From: a bacterium
GTDB lineage: Bacteria; Bacteroidota; Bacteroidia; Bacteroidales; FEN-979
DNA length: 52,927 bases
Assembly: GCA_037131065.1 (NCBI GenBank)
Contig: JBAXRT010000003.1
Coordinates: 1 to 52,927, forward strand
Direction of reading: 5' to 3'
The notes beneath the pieces are model-generated. The model was not told where the DNA came from. It did not search any database and saw nothing but the letters and a program-made list of their open reading frames with translations. The position numbers and the translations under genes were made by a program. Positions 27,690 to 37,570 of this stretch are shown here, piece by piece (the stretch's first letter is position 1; each line of letters starts with the position of its first letter).

Positions 27690-30600
27690 ATGATACTCCG
27701 GAAAAAAAGCCTTCTCCCCTTCCTGCTGCTCCTTACTTTCACAGGGTTTAGCCAGCAATACTTTTTTTCCGACTACTCCATCGAAAAAGGATTATCGCAA
27801 AGCGTGGTCAATGCACTGCTGCAGGACTCCGAAGGCTATATCTGGGTGGGAACCCAGAACGGACTGAACAAGTTCAACGGTTATTCTTTCAGGGTATATG
27901 CCTCCGACCCGGAAGATACCACCTCCATCTCCACCAACTGGATCTATTCGATCGATGAGGATAAATATGGGGATCTCTGGATTGGGACCAAGAGCGGGCT
28001 CAACCGGTACATCCGGAAAGAGAACAAATTCGAGAGGATCACCGACAAAGCCACCAGCTCACTGAATATTTCCGGATTTGTGTATGACGCCATCGTTGCA
28101 CGCGACGGCAAGATCATTATCAACATGCCCCCGGTCCTGGCCATCTATGACCCGGTAAAAAAGGAATTTTCACACCATTACGCAAAGATCGAGTATGACG
28201 GTTCCATCAAGGACAATAAAATCCCGTTGCTGGAAGATTCCCGGGGCATCATCTGGATCGGATCAACCCGAGGCCTCTCATGCTTCGACCGGGCAAAGAG
28301 GGAATTCACCTACTTCCTGCCTGATCCCGCTAAAAATGGCTCTATCGGCGACCGTAACATCACCGCGCTTTGCGAGGATAGGAGAGATAACCTCTGGGTT
28401 GGAACCACTGCCGGTCTCTATCTCTACGACAGGAAGGACGGCACCTTCATAAAGTTTGCACATGATCCGGGTAATAAGTTCTCCCTCCGAAACAACTTCA
28501 TCCGCGCCATCGCTGAAGACCGCTTCGGGAATCTATGGATTGGCACCGAAGAGGGAGGACTCACCAGGATGAGGCCATACAACGGCGGCCAACCGGTTTT
28601 CGAGGTATTTACAAACGAAAATTCGGGACTCAGCCACAACATCGTCCTTTCCCTCACCATTGATCACTCCGATAATTTGTGGATCGGTACCCTTAAGGGA
28701 ATGAACAAGACCGACCTGAAGAAACAGAAGTTCCAGCTTTACCGGAAAGGCCCATTCCCTTATTCGGTCGACCTCCTGGGCAATGTCGTCGCCTCCCTCT
28801 ACAAGGATGACAAGGGGATTATATGGATCGGGAACTGGGGCCAAGGGCTCAACATGTTCGACCGCAAGACCTGGAAGGTCCGGCATTTTTCGTCCCGGCA
28901 TACCGGGAATGATTATATCCCCAACGATTATGTCCATGTCATCTTTGAAGATGCCGACAACAGGGTCTGGATCGGGACCCGCGACGGTATCCTGATCTGG
29001 GACCCGACCAGGAACCGCTTTATCCCCTTCGGGAGCTATTTTACCGATAAGAGGCTGCATGATTTTACAGGAGTACGGATCAACATGATCATCCAGGACC
29101 GAAGTCGGAACTACTGGATCGGAACAGCCAACGGACTTTACAAGATCAACCTTGTAACCGCTGCCTCCGAACATTTCACCAAAGAGGCTGAACCCGGCAA
29201 CCGGATCGCCTCCAACCTGGTTTACTGCCTCCTGGAGGATCGCACAGGGCTGGTCTGGATTGCCACGGGTGAAGGACTTGATGTGTATAATCCCAGGAAC
29301 AGGGATTTGCAACATTACAGGAAAAATTCCTCTTCCACCAACTCACTTTGCGATAATTTTGTGGTCTCCCTGGGCGAGGATCACGAAGGGAACATCTGGA
29401 TCGGAACTACTTCCTACGTCAATAAATTCGTTAAAAAGGATTCCACATTCACTTACTACTCCCAGAAGAACGGACTGCCCGACAACCAGGTGTTCGAGAT
29501 CCTCGAAGATGACAAACGCAACCTGTGGTTTGCAACCGGCCACGGGCTCTGCCGTTTCGACAGCGCCTCCGGCACCTTCCGTACCTACTCCATCGAAGAG
29601 GGACTGCAGAGTCTCGAGTTCAACCTAAGGGCACGGTGCAAGGGGATCGACGGGGAGATCTTTTTCGGCGGGATGAATGGCTTCAACTCCTTCTACTCCG
29701 ACTCGCTCACCGACAATCCCTTCGTCCCGAAAGTGGTCTTTTCGGCATTTTCCAAGACAAACAACAAAGGGGTTACTACCCAGCTCGACGTGGACACCGT
29801 GAAGGAGGTGAACCTTCGTTATGTCGACCAATCCTTCACCATCGAGTTTGCAGCACTGGAATATACCAACCCTGAAAAGAACAGGTATGCATACAGGATG
29901 ACCGGGATTTCCGATGAATGGATCGACATCGGGAACCGGCGGTTCGTCCCCTTTTCCAACCTCCCGCCGGGAGAGTACACCTTCAACGTTAGATGTTCCA
30001 ACAACGACGGGATATGGAACGAAGAGGGGAGGAGCCTGAAGATCATCATAAGTCCTCCGTGGTGGAGAAGCCGCATCGCCTATATCGCTTACTTTGTGAT
30101 GATCATCCTGGCCGTGTTCCTCTATATCCGGCGGAGAGAGAGGAAACTGGTGCGGGAGAGGGATCACCTCGAACAGAAGGTTCAGGAGCGTACCGACCAG
30201 ATCGAAAAGCAAAACCGGGAGCTCAAGGAGCTCAACGCCACAAAGGACAAATTCTTCTCCATCATTGCCCACGACCTGCGGAATCCATTCAACACCATCC
30301 TGGGGTTGTCGGACCTGCTGCTGTCGAATTTTAAAAACTACGAACAGGAGAAAATCAGGAAATCGGTGAGCGACATACGGGATGCCACGCGCCATACCCA
30401 CGACCTGCTCGAGAACCTGCTCATCTGGGCCCGGACACAGACAGGTACCCTCGATTTTAAGCCTGTGGAGCTGAACCTGGGAGAAAGGATCGCCGAAGCC
30501 ATAGACCTTCTCAAAGGCCAGGCCGACAAAAAGAATATCACCCTTCAGGCATCCGTTTTGGTCGACTGCGGGGTTACGGGCGACAAAAACATGATCGACA

Positions 30601-30923
30601 CGGTCCTGCGCAACCTGGTGACCAACGCGATCAAATTCACTCCCAAGAACGGTGAAGTGATCGTTTCGATGGCACAGGTGGGAACCGAATGTGAGATTTC
30701 TGTGAAGGACAACGGCATCGGTATAGCCCCGGAAAACACTAAGAAACTCTTCAAGATCCACGGTAAATACTCTCGAAAAGGGACCGACCAGGAGCGTGGC
30801 TCAGGGCTGGGACTCATTCTCTGCCGGGAGTTTGTTGAAAAGCATGGCGGAAAGATATGGGTTGAGAGCACCCCCGGAGTGGGGAGTACCTTCAAATTCA
30901 CCCTGCCGGCCGGCAGGAAATAG
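27690..30923 (+). CDS. Sensor histidine kinase with two-component-regulator propeller and Y_Y_Y domains (no receiver)
   Basis: Many D..G.IWIGT..GL repeats; LPPGEYTF; TM; IIAHDLRNPF; NLVTNAIKFT, DNGIG, GSGLGL. Confidence 0.92.
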   Translation: MILRKKSLLPFLLLLTFTGFSQQYFFSDYSIEKGLSQSVVNALLQDSEGYIWVGTQNGLNKFNGYSFRVYASDPEDTTSISTNWIYSIDEDKYGDLWIGTKSGLNRYIRKENKFERITDKATSSLNISGFVYDAIVARDGKIIINMPPVLAIYDPVKKEFSHHYAKIEYDGSIKDNKIPLLEDSRGIIWIGSTRGLSCFDRAKREFTYFLPDPAKNGSIGDRNITALCEDRRDNLWVGTTAGLYLYDRKDGTFIKFAHDPGNKFSLRNNFIRAIAEDRFGNLWIGTEEGGLTRMRPYNGGQPVFEVFTNENSGLSHNIVLSLTIDHSDNLWIGTLKGMNKTDLKKQKFQLYRKGPFPYSVDLLGNVVASLYKDDKGIIWIGNWGQGLNMFDRKTWKVRHFSSRHTGNDYIPNDYVHVIFEDADNRVWIGTRDGILIWDPTRNRFIPFGSYFTDKRLHDFTGVRINMIIQDRSRNYWIGTANGLYKINLVTAASEHFTKEAEPGNRIASNLVYCLLEDRTGLVWIATGEGLDVYNPRNRDLQHYRKNSSSTNSLCDNFVVSLGEDHEGNIWIGTTSYVNKFVKKDSTFTYYSQKNGLPDNQVFEILEDDKRNLWFATGHGLCRFDSASGTFRTYSIEEGLQSLEFNLRARCKGIDGEIFFGGMNGFNSFYSDSLTDNPFVPKVVFSAFSKTNNKGVTTQLDVDTVKEVNLRYVDQSFTIEFAALEYTNPEKNRYAYRMTGISDEWIDIGNRRFVPFSNLPPGEYTFNVRCSNNDGIWNEEGRSLKIIISPPWWRSRIAYIAYFVMIILAVFLYIRRRERKLVRERDHLEQKVQERTDQIEKQNRELKELNATKDKFFSIIAHDLRNPFNTILGLSDLLLSNFKNYEQEKIRKSVSDIRDATRHTHDLLENLLIWARTQTGTLDFKPVELNLGERIAEAIDLLKGQADKKNITLQASVLVDCGVTGDKNMIDTVLRNLVTNAIKFTPKNGEVIVSMAQVGTECEISVKDNGIGIAPENTKKLFKIHGKYSRKGTDQERGSGLGLILCREFVEKHGGKIWVESTPGVGSTFKFTLPAGRK

Positions 30924-30925
30924 TA

Positions 30926-31468
30926 TCAGGAAGGGAGGGTCAACCCCAGCTCCGTTCGGCACTTCAGGCAAAGATTACGGCTTTTCTGGTCAATATCCTC
31001 CACGTAGGTGCTCGACCGCATCACGCAGGTGGGTGCATGACAATGGATCAGCCCGAACATATGACCCAGCTCATGATTCACCTCCTTCGTGAACCGCTCC
31101 AGCAGAGTATCCCCGCCGCCGCCGATCCCGTAACGTTCACTGCTGAGCCTGTAAACCGAGGCGATTCCGGTGCGACCTCCCAGGTATGCCTGCCCGAAAA
31201 TATAGGTCAGGATGGGAATAAAGAGATCGACGCTGAAGAGGCCCAGCGTCTTTGAGGATTCAGGCTGGGTAAGGGTATCAACCACCTTCAGCAGCTCATT
31301 GCCGTTGTACTGCCTGCGCCCCGGATCGTAATATTCACTCAGATCGAGATGAGTCTCCTGAATGGCGATGGCGGCAAGGAATTCGGATCTTACCGCCTCG
31401 GCGGTCTTCTCCAGGAACTCCCGCTCAAAATGCCCAAAAGGGATTAATGTGATTTGCTGCTGATCCAA
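30926..31468 (-). CDS. Archaemetzincin-family Zn metalloprotease (peptidase M54)
   Basis: HELGHMFGLIHC, Met-turn CVM, D.KS..LCLKC; RRQY; TTG start abutting the regulator stop. Confidence 0.9.
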   Translation of the reverse strand: MDQQQITLIPFGHFEREFLEKTAEAVRSEFLAAIAIQETHLDLSEYYDPGRRQYNGNELLKVVDTLTQPESSKTLGLFSVDLFIPILTYIFGQAYLGGRTGIASVYRLSSERYGIGGGGDTLLERFTKEVNHELGHMFGLIHCHAPTCVMRSSTYVEDIDQKSRNLCLKCRTELGLTLPS

Positions 31469-32812
31469 TTAACCGGCGGGTTGTTTCAAATCATATTTCC
31501 TGATCTTGTTGTAAAGCGTTACCCTGTCAACCTTCAGGGCCTTGGCCGTTCGGGTGATGTTCCAGCTGTATTTGTTAAGGATCTGCAGGATGAAGGCCTT
31601 CTCGAATTCATCCAGGCTCTCCACCGAGCTGTCGATCATCTCCTTGCCGAAGGGCAGGTCCCTGAGGTAGATCCTCTTGCCGTTCCCAACGACAATAGCC
31701 CGTTCAATCATATTCTCCAACTCACGGATGTTCCCCGGAAAAGTGTACTCCTCGAGCCGCTGCATGGCCGGCGGATCGATGGTGATAAGGGGCTTGTTCA
31801 TCGAGATGCAGTATTTGTTGATGAAATAATCAACCAGCAGCGGGATATCCTCTACCCTGTCGCGCAGTGGGGGAACATTGATGTTTACCACGTTGAGACG
31901 GTAGTAGAGATCTTCGCGGAAGGTACCCTGCTCCACCATGCTCTTCAGGTCGCGGTTCGTGGCACAGATCACCCTGAAGTCGGAGCAGATCTCCTTGTTG
32001 CCTCCCACACGCACAAAGCTTTTCGTCTCAAGAACGCGCAACAGCTCGATCTGCATCTTGGGTGAGATGGTTGCGATCTCATCAAGGAAGATCGTCCCGC
32101 TGTCGGCCATCTCGAACCTCCCTTTCCGGTTGAACATCGCCCCTGTAAAGGCTCCCTTCTCATGGCCGAAGAGTTCGCTCTCAAGCAGGCTCTCAGTGAG
32201 TGCCCCACAATGGACGCTGACCAGAGGATAAAACTTCCGCGGGGAGTTGGCATGGATGGCCCGCGCCACCAGCTCCTTTCCGGTGCCGCTCTCGCCAGTG
32301 ATGATCACCGAGGAGTTCGACTGCGCCACACTCTCGATCTCGTGAAGCACTTTTTTCATTGCTTCACTTTTGCCGATCAGGTCTTCCACATTTTCGAGAG
32401 AGACCACCCTGCTCTTCAGGCTCTCATTTTCTTCTGCAAGGGCGATCTGCTTCGAGGCATTGCGGATCAGGTGCGACAGGTCGTCGGGGTCAAAAGGCTT
32501 GGTGACATAATCGAAAGCACCGTCCTTCAGTGCCATCACGGCCGTGCTGACGGTGGCGAAAGCCGTCATGACGATCACGATCGAATCCTTTTTCAGCGCT
32601 TTGATCCTGCGCAGCATCTCCAGCCCGTCCATGCCAGGCATCTTGATATCGGCCAGGATGATGTCATAATCGTCCGACTCGAGGATCAACAGAGCCTTCT
32701 TCGCATTCTCGGCGCATTCAACCCGGTAACCGTCCTCCTGGAACCAGTTGGTCAGAGAATCCCTTACCGACTCCTCATCATCGACGATTAAAATTGAAAT
32801 CTGTTTTGCCAT
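31469..32812 (-). CDS. Sigma-54-dependent (NtrC/AtoC-family) response regulator
   Basis: Receiver VDDE/LADIKMP; GESGTGKE; ESELFGHEKGAFTGA; FREDLYYRLNV; Fis-type HTH. Confidence 0.95.
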   Translation of the reverse strand: MAKQISILIVDDEESVRDSLTNWFQEDGYRVECAENAKKALLILESDDYDIILADIKMPGMDGLEMLRRIKALKKDSIVIVMTAFATVSTAVMALKDGAFDYVTKPFDPDDLSHLIRNASKQIALAEENESLKSRVVSLENVEDLIGKSEAMKKVLHEIESVAQSNSSVIITGESGTGKELVARAIHANSPRKFYPLVSVHCGALTESLLESELFGHEKGAFTGAMFNRKGRFEMADSGTIFLDEIATISPKMQIELLRVLETKSFVRVGGNKEICSDFRVICATNRDLKSMVEQGTFREDLYYRLNVVNINVPPLRDRVEDIPLLVDYFINKYCISMNKPLITIDPPAMQRLEEYTFPGNIRELENMIERAIVVGNGKRIYLRDLPFGKEMIDSSVESLDEFEKAFILQILNKYSWNITRTAKALKVDRVTLYNKIRKYDLKQPAG

Positions 32813-32822
32813 TATAATCAGT

Positions 32823-34496
32823 TTAAGATTTGATCAGGGGAAATGTGAATGACATGGTCGTTCCGTGGCCCGGCTCCGATTTTACATTGATCTTGCCATT
32901 ATGGCTCTGCACGATGCCGTGAACGATTGCGAGCCCGAGCCCTATGCCGCTGGCATCCTGCTTGGTCGAGAAGAAGGGCTCGAAAATATGGGGAAGGTCC
33001 TCGGCCGAGATGCCGATCCCGTTGTCGGTGATCTCCACGCGGATGGTCTCATCCCCGGGGTTCATCGTGCGGATCGTGATCTCGCCGTTCTCGAGGATCG
33101 CCTCTTTGGAATTCACCAGCACAGCCACAAAGGCCTGCTTGATCTGGTTCGGACTGCAGTAGATCTGGTCCGACTTTGCAGTAAAATCGGAATAGAACAT
33201 GATGTTCGAGATCTTGATCGGGTGGGTCATCAGGTCAAAGGTCTCCTGCAAGATCTCATGGAGATGCCTCGGTTCAAAATCGTTCTGGTCCTTTCGTGAG
33301 AAATCGAGTAGCCCCTTGACGATATCTCCGCACCGTTTGGTCTCGTTCTCGATCATCGTCAGGTTCTTCAGGATCGTCTCTCGCTTGGCATCCGTCAGGT
33401 CGGGATTGCTTAGCTGCTTGTGGATCAGCTTCGTGTAGACCAGGATCCCCGAGAGCGGGTTGTTGATCTCGTGGGCCACCGAGGAGGAGAGCTTGCCCAG
33501 CGAGGCGAGCCGCTCGATATGGATGAGCTCGTTTTGCGCAGCGCTCAGCTCTTCCGACTTCTTCTGGACCTTGTACTCCAGCTGTTGCGACCAGTTCTCC
33601 AGCTCGCTGGTGGCCGCCTGCAGGTTGTCGAGCATGTCGTTAAAAGCGAGAGAGACTACCCGCATGTCGTCGAGCTGGTTGGGTTTGATATCAACACGTG
33701 TGCTCTTGTCACCGCTGGCCACCGCAACACTTGCTTTAAGCAGCGCATTCAGGGGGTTCTTGATCTCTTTGCGGGTGAAGAGGATCAGGAATGAGACCAG
33801 CAGCAGGGTGGCTAAGGTAGCCAGCAAATAGAACTCCATAGAGGATTTTTCCACCGCATTGTCGAGGTCCCTTAGCGGCAACTTGATCACCAGTGATCCC
33901 AGCACCCGGTCAGTTGGTTGGTGTGCGTGGCAGGAGGCTTCGTAACAGGCTTTCTGGTTGAGGATCGGAGATTTGATCAGCAGGTGCCGGTGGTCGTTGT
34001 CGTTCTTGTTCATCTTGCATTCGCTCTTGATGCTGATGATCTTGTAAGTCTTTTCCGTGGCAGGGAACATCGTCTTCAGGTTGTCGTGGCAACCCTTGCA
34101 GTCGGAGCTGGCATGGTTTCCGGCTCCATCGGGTGCAAAGGAAGAGTAGACCAGGTTGTCCTGGCTGTCGTACATGTTCACGTCCTCAATCCCCGGCATT
34201 TTGTGGATGATGTCGAGCGTGCTTTGCAGAGCACTCTTGTTGTTCTCGACCATTGAGTGGTAAAGCGCGCTCTCGACAAGCGACCCTACGTTGGTACCGC
34301 TCTGACGGATCACGGTGTTCATATACTCTTCATAAACCGACCGGAAGATGACGCCGAACGAAACGAAAAGGATCAGTGAGGAGAAGGTGATGATCAGAAC
34401 CACCCGCCCGTAGATAGAGGAGCGGAACTTGATATAGTTTCTCAGGAAGGTCTTGCCGAGCGGGTTTTTGTTCCTGTTTTTTCCAAAGAGAGTCAT
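32823..34496 (-). CDS. NtrB-type sensor histidine kinase with periplasmic CxxCH/CX4CH motifs and HAMP domain
   Basis: Two TMs; CKGCH and CYEASCH; VAHEINNPL; DNGIG, FEPFFSTK, GLGL; ATG 34496. Confidence 0.9.
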   Translation of the reverse strand: MTLFGKNRNKNPLGKTFLRNYIKFRSSIYGRVVLIITFSSLILFVSFGVIFRSVYEEYMNTVIRQSGTNVGSLVESALYHSMVENNKSALQSTLDIIHKMPGIEDVNMYDSQDNLVYSSFAPDGAGNHASSDCKGCHDNLKTMFPATEKTYKIISIKSECKMNKNDNDHRHLLIKSPILNQKACYEASCHAHQPTDRVLGSLVIKLPLRDLDNAVEKSSMEFYLLATLATLLLVSFLILFTRKEIKNPLNALLKASVAVASGDKSTRVDIKPNQLDDMRVVSLAFNDMLDNLQAATSELENWSQQLEYKVQKKSEELSAAQNELIHIERLASLGKLSSSVAHEINNPLSGILVYTKLIHKQLSNPDLTDAKRETILKNLTMIENETKRCGDIVKGLLDFSRKDQNDFEPRHLHEILQETFDLMTHPIKISNIMFYSDFTAKSDQIYCSPNQIKQAFVAVLVNSKEAILENGEITIRTMNPGDETIRVEITDNGIGISAEDLPHIFEPFFSTKQDASGIGLGLAIVHGIVQSHNGKINVKSEPGHGTTMSFTFPLIKS

Positions 34497-34634
34497 GGCT
34501 TTCTTTATTAGATTGAGATGAGAGAGTGCGATCCGGCGGAATTTACAGCAATATAAAAAAAACTGGTGAGGTGACACCAGTTTTGTGTAATCTTTTTCTT
34601 CCGGAGCCTTTGTTAATGGCTTCGGCAGGACCCT

Positions 34635-35363
34635 TTACGCCGGCATCTCCTTCGGGGTCAGGAAGTCTTTCTGGAAATCCTGCCATAACTCGTTGGGTAA
34701 TTCCGAAAGGGAGTTGTCGCGCAGTTCGCCTCCGTCCTGCAGGACAACAGCTGAGGTCTCCGGTGAGAACTTCCCGATCTCCTTTGCCAGGAAATCTTTA
34801 TACCGGATCAGCTCCATGTTCAGCCACTGGGTGGCATCCTCGGCCAGGTAATAACTCTGTGTCTCCGCCTTCCAGTGCGAGGGTTTGATCTTGCAGACCC
34901 ACCCCTTTCCATAAGGATCCATGTTCACAAGCCCCGGTTCGCTTCCAAGCGCCAGGTTGATGTCGGTGACCCGACCCGAGATGGGTGAATAGATCTTAAG
35001 ATGTTTTCCCCCCTGGTCTATCTCTGCAAGGAGTTCCCCTTTGCGGATCATGTCACCATTTTGTCTGATGGTATTGAACTTCACCTGGCCGGTGATGTGC
35101 ATCAGCAGGTCGCTGAGACCTACCCTGGCATTTCCCGACCGTTCGAGATGTGTCCAGGTGTGGTTGGCGCTGAAGAGCAATCCCTGCGGGATCTTCAGGA
35201 TGTTCGCCGTCAGTGTGCCCAGCACCTTTTCAAGGTGCCTGGTCTTCTTCACCTGCCTGTTGAGAATCACCCAGAAGGGGATAAGCAGCAGGAGGAAAGC
35301 GATGATAAAGAGGTATTCCATCCCCTTTGTTTCAAAAATGTTCAAATAACTGTACCCGTCCAT
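34635..35363 (-). CDS. Membrane-anchored glycine-cleavage-H-like protein
   Basis: N-terminal TM; HTWT, ARVGL, IYSPISG, DPYGKGW; extra LQDGG C-terminal extension. Confidence 0.85.
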   Translation of the reverse strand: MDGYSYLNIFETKGMEYLFIIAFLLLLIPFWVILNRQVKKTRHLEKVLGTLTANILKIPQGLLFSANHTWTHLERSGNARVGLSDLLMHITGQVKFNTIRQNGDMIRKGELLAEIDQGGKHLKIYSPISGRVTDINLALGSEPGLVNMDPYGKGWVCKIKPSHWKAETQSYYLAEDATQWLNMELIRYKDFLAKEIGKFSPETSAVVLQDGGELRDNSLSELPNELWQDFQKDFLTPKEMPA

Positions 35364-35414
35364 GGCTTTATGATTTACGATTTACAAATTTCCTTTTTCC
35401 AATTACTATTTTTC

Positions 35415-35446
35415 TAATGACTTAATGCCCTAATGACTTAATGACT
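35415..35446. repeat. Octamer tandem repeat (TAATGACT-like x4)
   Basis: taatgact taatgccc taatgact taatgact spanning the NrfD-gene stop. Confidence 0.7.
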
Positions 35447-36673
35447 AACATCCTTCTTCGCCCACTCCGGCGAATCCCTGAGTACGGGCATCCGGTTGAT
35501 GACCCAGCGGAAGATCCAGATCTCGGTAAAGATCACAGCCAGCGTCACGACGATCTCCATCCAGGAGGGAACATAACGGATTGGCATGTCCCACCTGAAA
35601 CCGATCACGGTCACATTGAGCCTGTTCAGGATGATCCCCAGCATGGTCAGGACGGAAGCGAATCTTACCAGGAACACGTTGTTCCTCCGGTAGCTGTAAA
35701 AGAAGAGGATCATCGGAAGCAGAACGAATCCGAACATCTCAAGCATGTACCAGTATCCCATGGATGTGTTCAGGTAGATCCAGTTCTTCCCATGGATAAA
35801 GACCAGCATCTGCAGGAAGAAATAAGCGAACATCGCTCCGGCACACATTTTTGATAGCCCGAGGATGATCCCGTTCTGCGAATGGTGGTTCTTTCCGCTC
35901 AGCTGGTTTGCAAAGACCTTATGGGTGATCGACCCTTCGAAGATCACCATCGAAAGCCCGGCAAAAATGCTTGAGACAAAGAACATAATGGGGATGAAAT
36001 CAGAATACCACAATGGGTGGATCTTGTCTTTGGCCATCATGTAAAGCGCCCCGAGTCCCGACTGGTGCAGGATAGAAAGGGTGATCCCGAAGATGACCGC
36101 TGCGAGCGTCATCCCCGAGAGGATCTTGTGGATGCGCCTTGCCCCGAGCCATTCGGCAATCGCCGGCGAGAATTCGATCAGCTGCGCGATCATGTATAGA
36201 AGGAAATGCCAGGCCACGAGGAAGAGCACCGAGTTGTACCCAAAGTTGTTCCCGATGATGGGATTGATCACGTTCCACGGGCGGCCAAGGTCAAGCAGCA
36301 GCGCCCCGGCGTAAAAGACATAGGCCAGGAAGCCGTTGAGAACCGTCACACGAACGATCGAATGGTATTTTTTTACATTCAGGATGTAGACGATGAAGCA
36401 GAGCACATAGGCACCCCCGGCGAAGGCAACACCGGTGACGACGTCGAACCCGATCCATAACCCCCAGGGGATGTCCTGCGAAAGGTTGGTGATGGCCCCG
36501 AGCCCTTTCCAGAACCGGATCACGATCAGCGCGAGTCCGAGCAGGATAATGGGAACGGAGATAATGTTGAATGGGGTAAAGATCTTCCCCTTCGGCTTAA
36601 GCTCACTCAGGAAGAATTTCCAGGTAGATTTGCCGCTATTCTCGATGGTTACAGGCATGGTCTCATTCATCAT
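35438..36673 (-). CDS. NrfD/PsrC-family membrane subunit (HybB/HmcC-like)
   Basis: PWGLWIGFDV..GVAFAGG, LDLGRPW, LHQSGLG, HPLWYS, NRLNV, YVPSWME. Confidence 0.9.
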   Translation of the reverse strand: MMNETMPVTIENSGKSTWKFFLSELKPKGKIFTPFNIISVPIILLGLALIVIRFWKGLGAITNLSQDIPWGLWIGFDVVTGVAFAGGAYVLCFIVYILNVKKYHSIVRVTVLNGFLAYVFYAGALLLDLGRPWNVINPIIGNNFGYNSVLFLVAWHFLLYMIAQLIEFSPAIAEWLGARRIHKILSGMTLAAVIFGITLSILHQSGLGALYMMAKDKIHPLWYSDFIPIMFFVSSIFAGLSMVIFEGSITHKVFANQLSGKNHHSQNGIILGLSKMCAGAMFAYFFLQMLVFIHGKNWIYLNTSMGYWYMLEMFGFVLLPMILFFYSYRRNNVFLVRFASVLTMLGIILNRLNVTVIGFRWDMPIRYVPSWMEIVVTLAVIFTEIWIFRWVINRMPVLRDSPEWAKKDVSH

Positions 36674-37529
36674 CTTGATCCTCCCTGGTTTCGTTTTTCT
36701 TGGTTGCTTGCTGGATACCCAGTAAAAGGGCTGGTACCAGGACGAAGATCGAAGGGACGCTGTAGAGGAAGCCCTTCGATAACGCCGGGTAGGAAGATTT
36801 CTGGAGGTTGGTCTTTAAACCGAGCTCACCGAAAGGCACTGGCGAAAGCATCATCCATCCCGTTCCGCCGGCATCATGTTCGCCGTAGATCTGGTCGTGG
36901 TAAAGTTCAGGTTTCTCATAGATCCTTCTCCTGGCCTCGCGGATCAGTTCACGCCGCTTTCCATACATCAGCGCCTCGTTCGGGCAGTTCTGTACACAGG
37001 CGGGTGCTTCACCGATCTTGAGTTTTTCGTAACACATCGAGCACTTTTGGATCTTTGGATTGGCACTGTGGTATTCGAATTTTGGGATGTCGAACGGACA
37101 GGATACCATGCAATAGCGGCATCCCATGCATTTTTCGCCACGCCAGATCACCGGGCCCACTTTGGTCTTGTGCATGGCCTGGGTAAGACAGGCTGCGGCA
37201 CAGGCCGGTTCGTTACAATGCATGCATTGTGTCTTCATGAAGACGGTGCCCTTGGTGGTCTTGAATTCGTTCACGACCGTATTGCGGGTATCGCTGGTCC
37301 GTCGTGGACCCTTGATATCTTTTGCCGGCTCGGGCAGGGGCAGCCCGTTGGCGTCGGCGCAGTCATACTCGCAGCCCCGGCAGCCTTTGCAACGGGCGGC
37401 ATCATAGAGAACCCCGCGGAACTCTATGGCCGTTTCACCGGAAGGAGCCGCCTGCATCTCGTTCCCGATGGCAAGCGTTGCTCCCGTCGCCGCAACTACC
37501 TTGAAAAAATTTCTTCGATTGATTCCCAT
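36663..37529 (-). CDS. Tat-exported 4Fe-4S dicluster protein (HybA/HmcB/NrfC-like)
   Basis: NRRNFFK twin-Arg signal; CKGCRGCEYDC, CMHCNEPACAAAC, CMGCRYCMVSCP, CSMC..PACVQNCP; C-terminal TM. Confidence 0.92.
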   Translation of the reverse strand: MGINRRNFFKVVAATGATLAIGNEMQAAPSGETAIEFRGVLYDAARCKGCRGCEYDCADANGLPLPEPAKDIKGPRRTSDTRNTVVNEFKTTKGTVFMKTQCMHCNEPACAAACLTQAMHKTKVGPVIWRGEKCMGCRYCMVSCPFDIPKFEYHSANPKIQKCSMCYEKLKIGEAPACVQNCPNEALMYGKRRELIREARRRIYEKPELYHDQIYGEHDAGGTGWMMLSPVPFGELGLKTNLQKSSYPALSKGFLYSVPSIFVLVPALLLGIQQATKKNETREDQDDE

Positions 37530-37570
37530 AATGGTAGCATTAGTTTTTGGTTGATGAAGGTTGATGATGA

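Noticed and set aside
29625-30761. 378-aa antisense ORF and other long shadow ORFs (9698-10441, 28533-29315, 31454-32065, 32162-32791, 36876-37574)
   Set aside because: They lie opposite well-supported genes with GC-rich codon bias and have no recognisable motifs
35438-37529. Calling the locus hydrogenase-2 or nitrite reductase
   Set aside because: No catalytic subunit or maturation genes in the window
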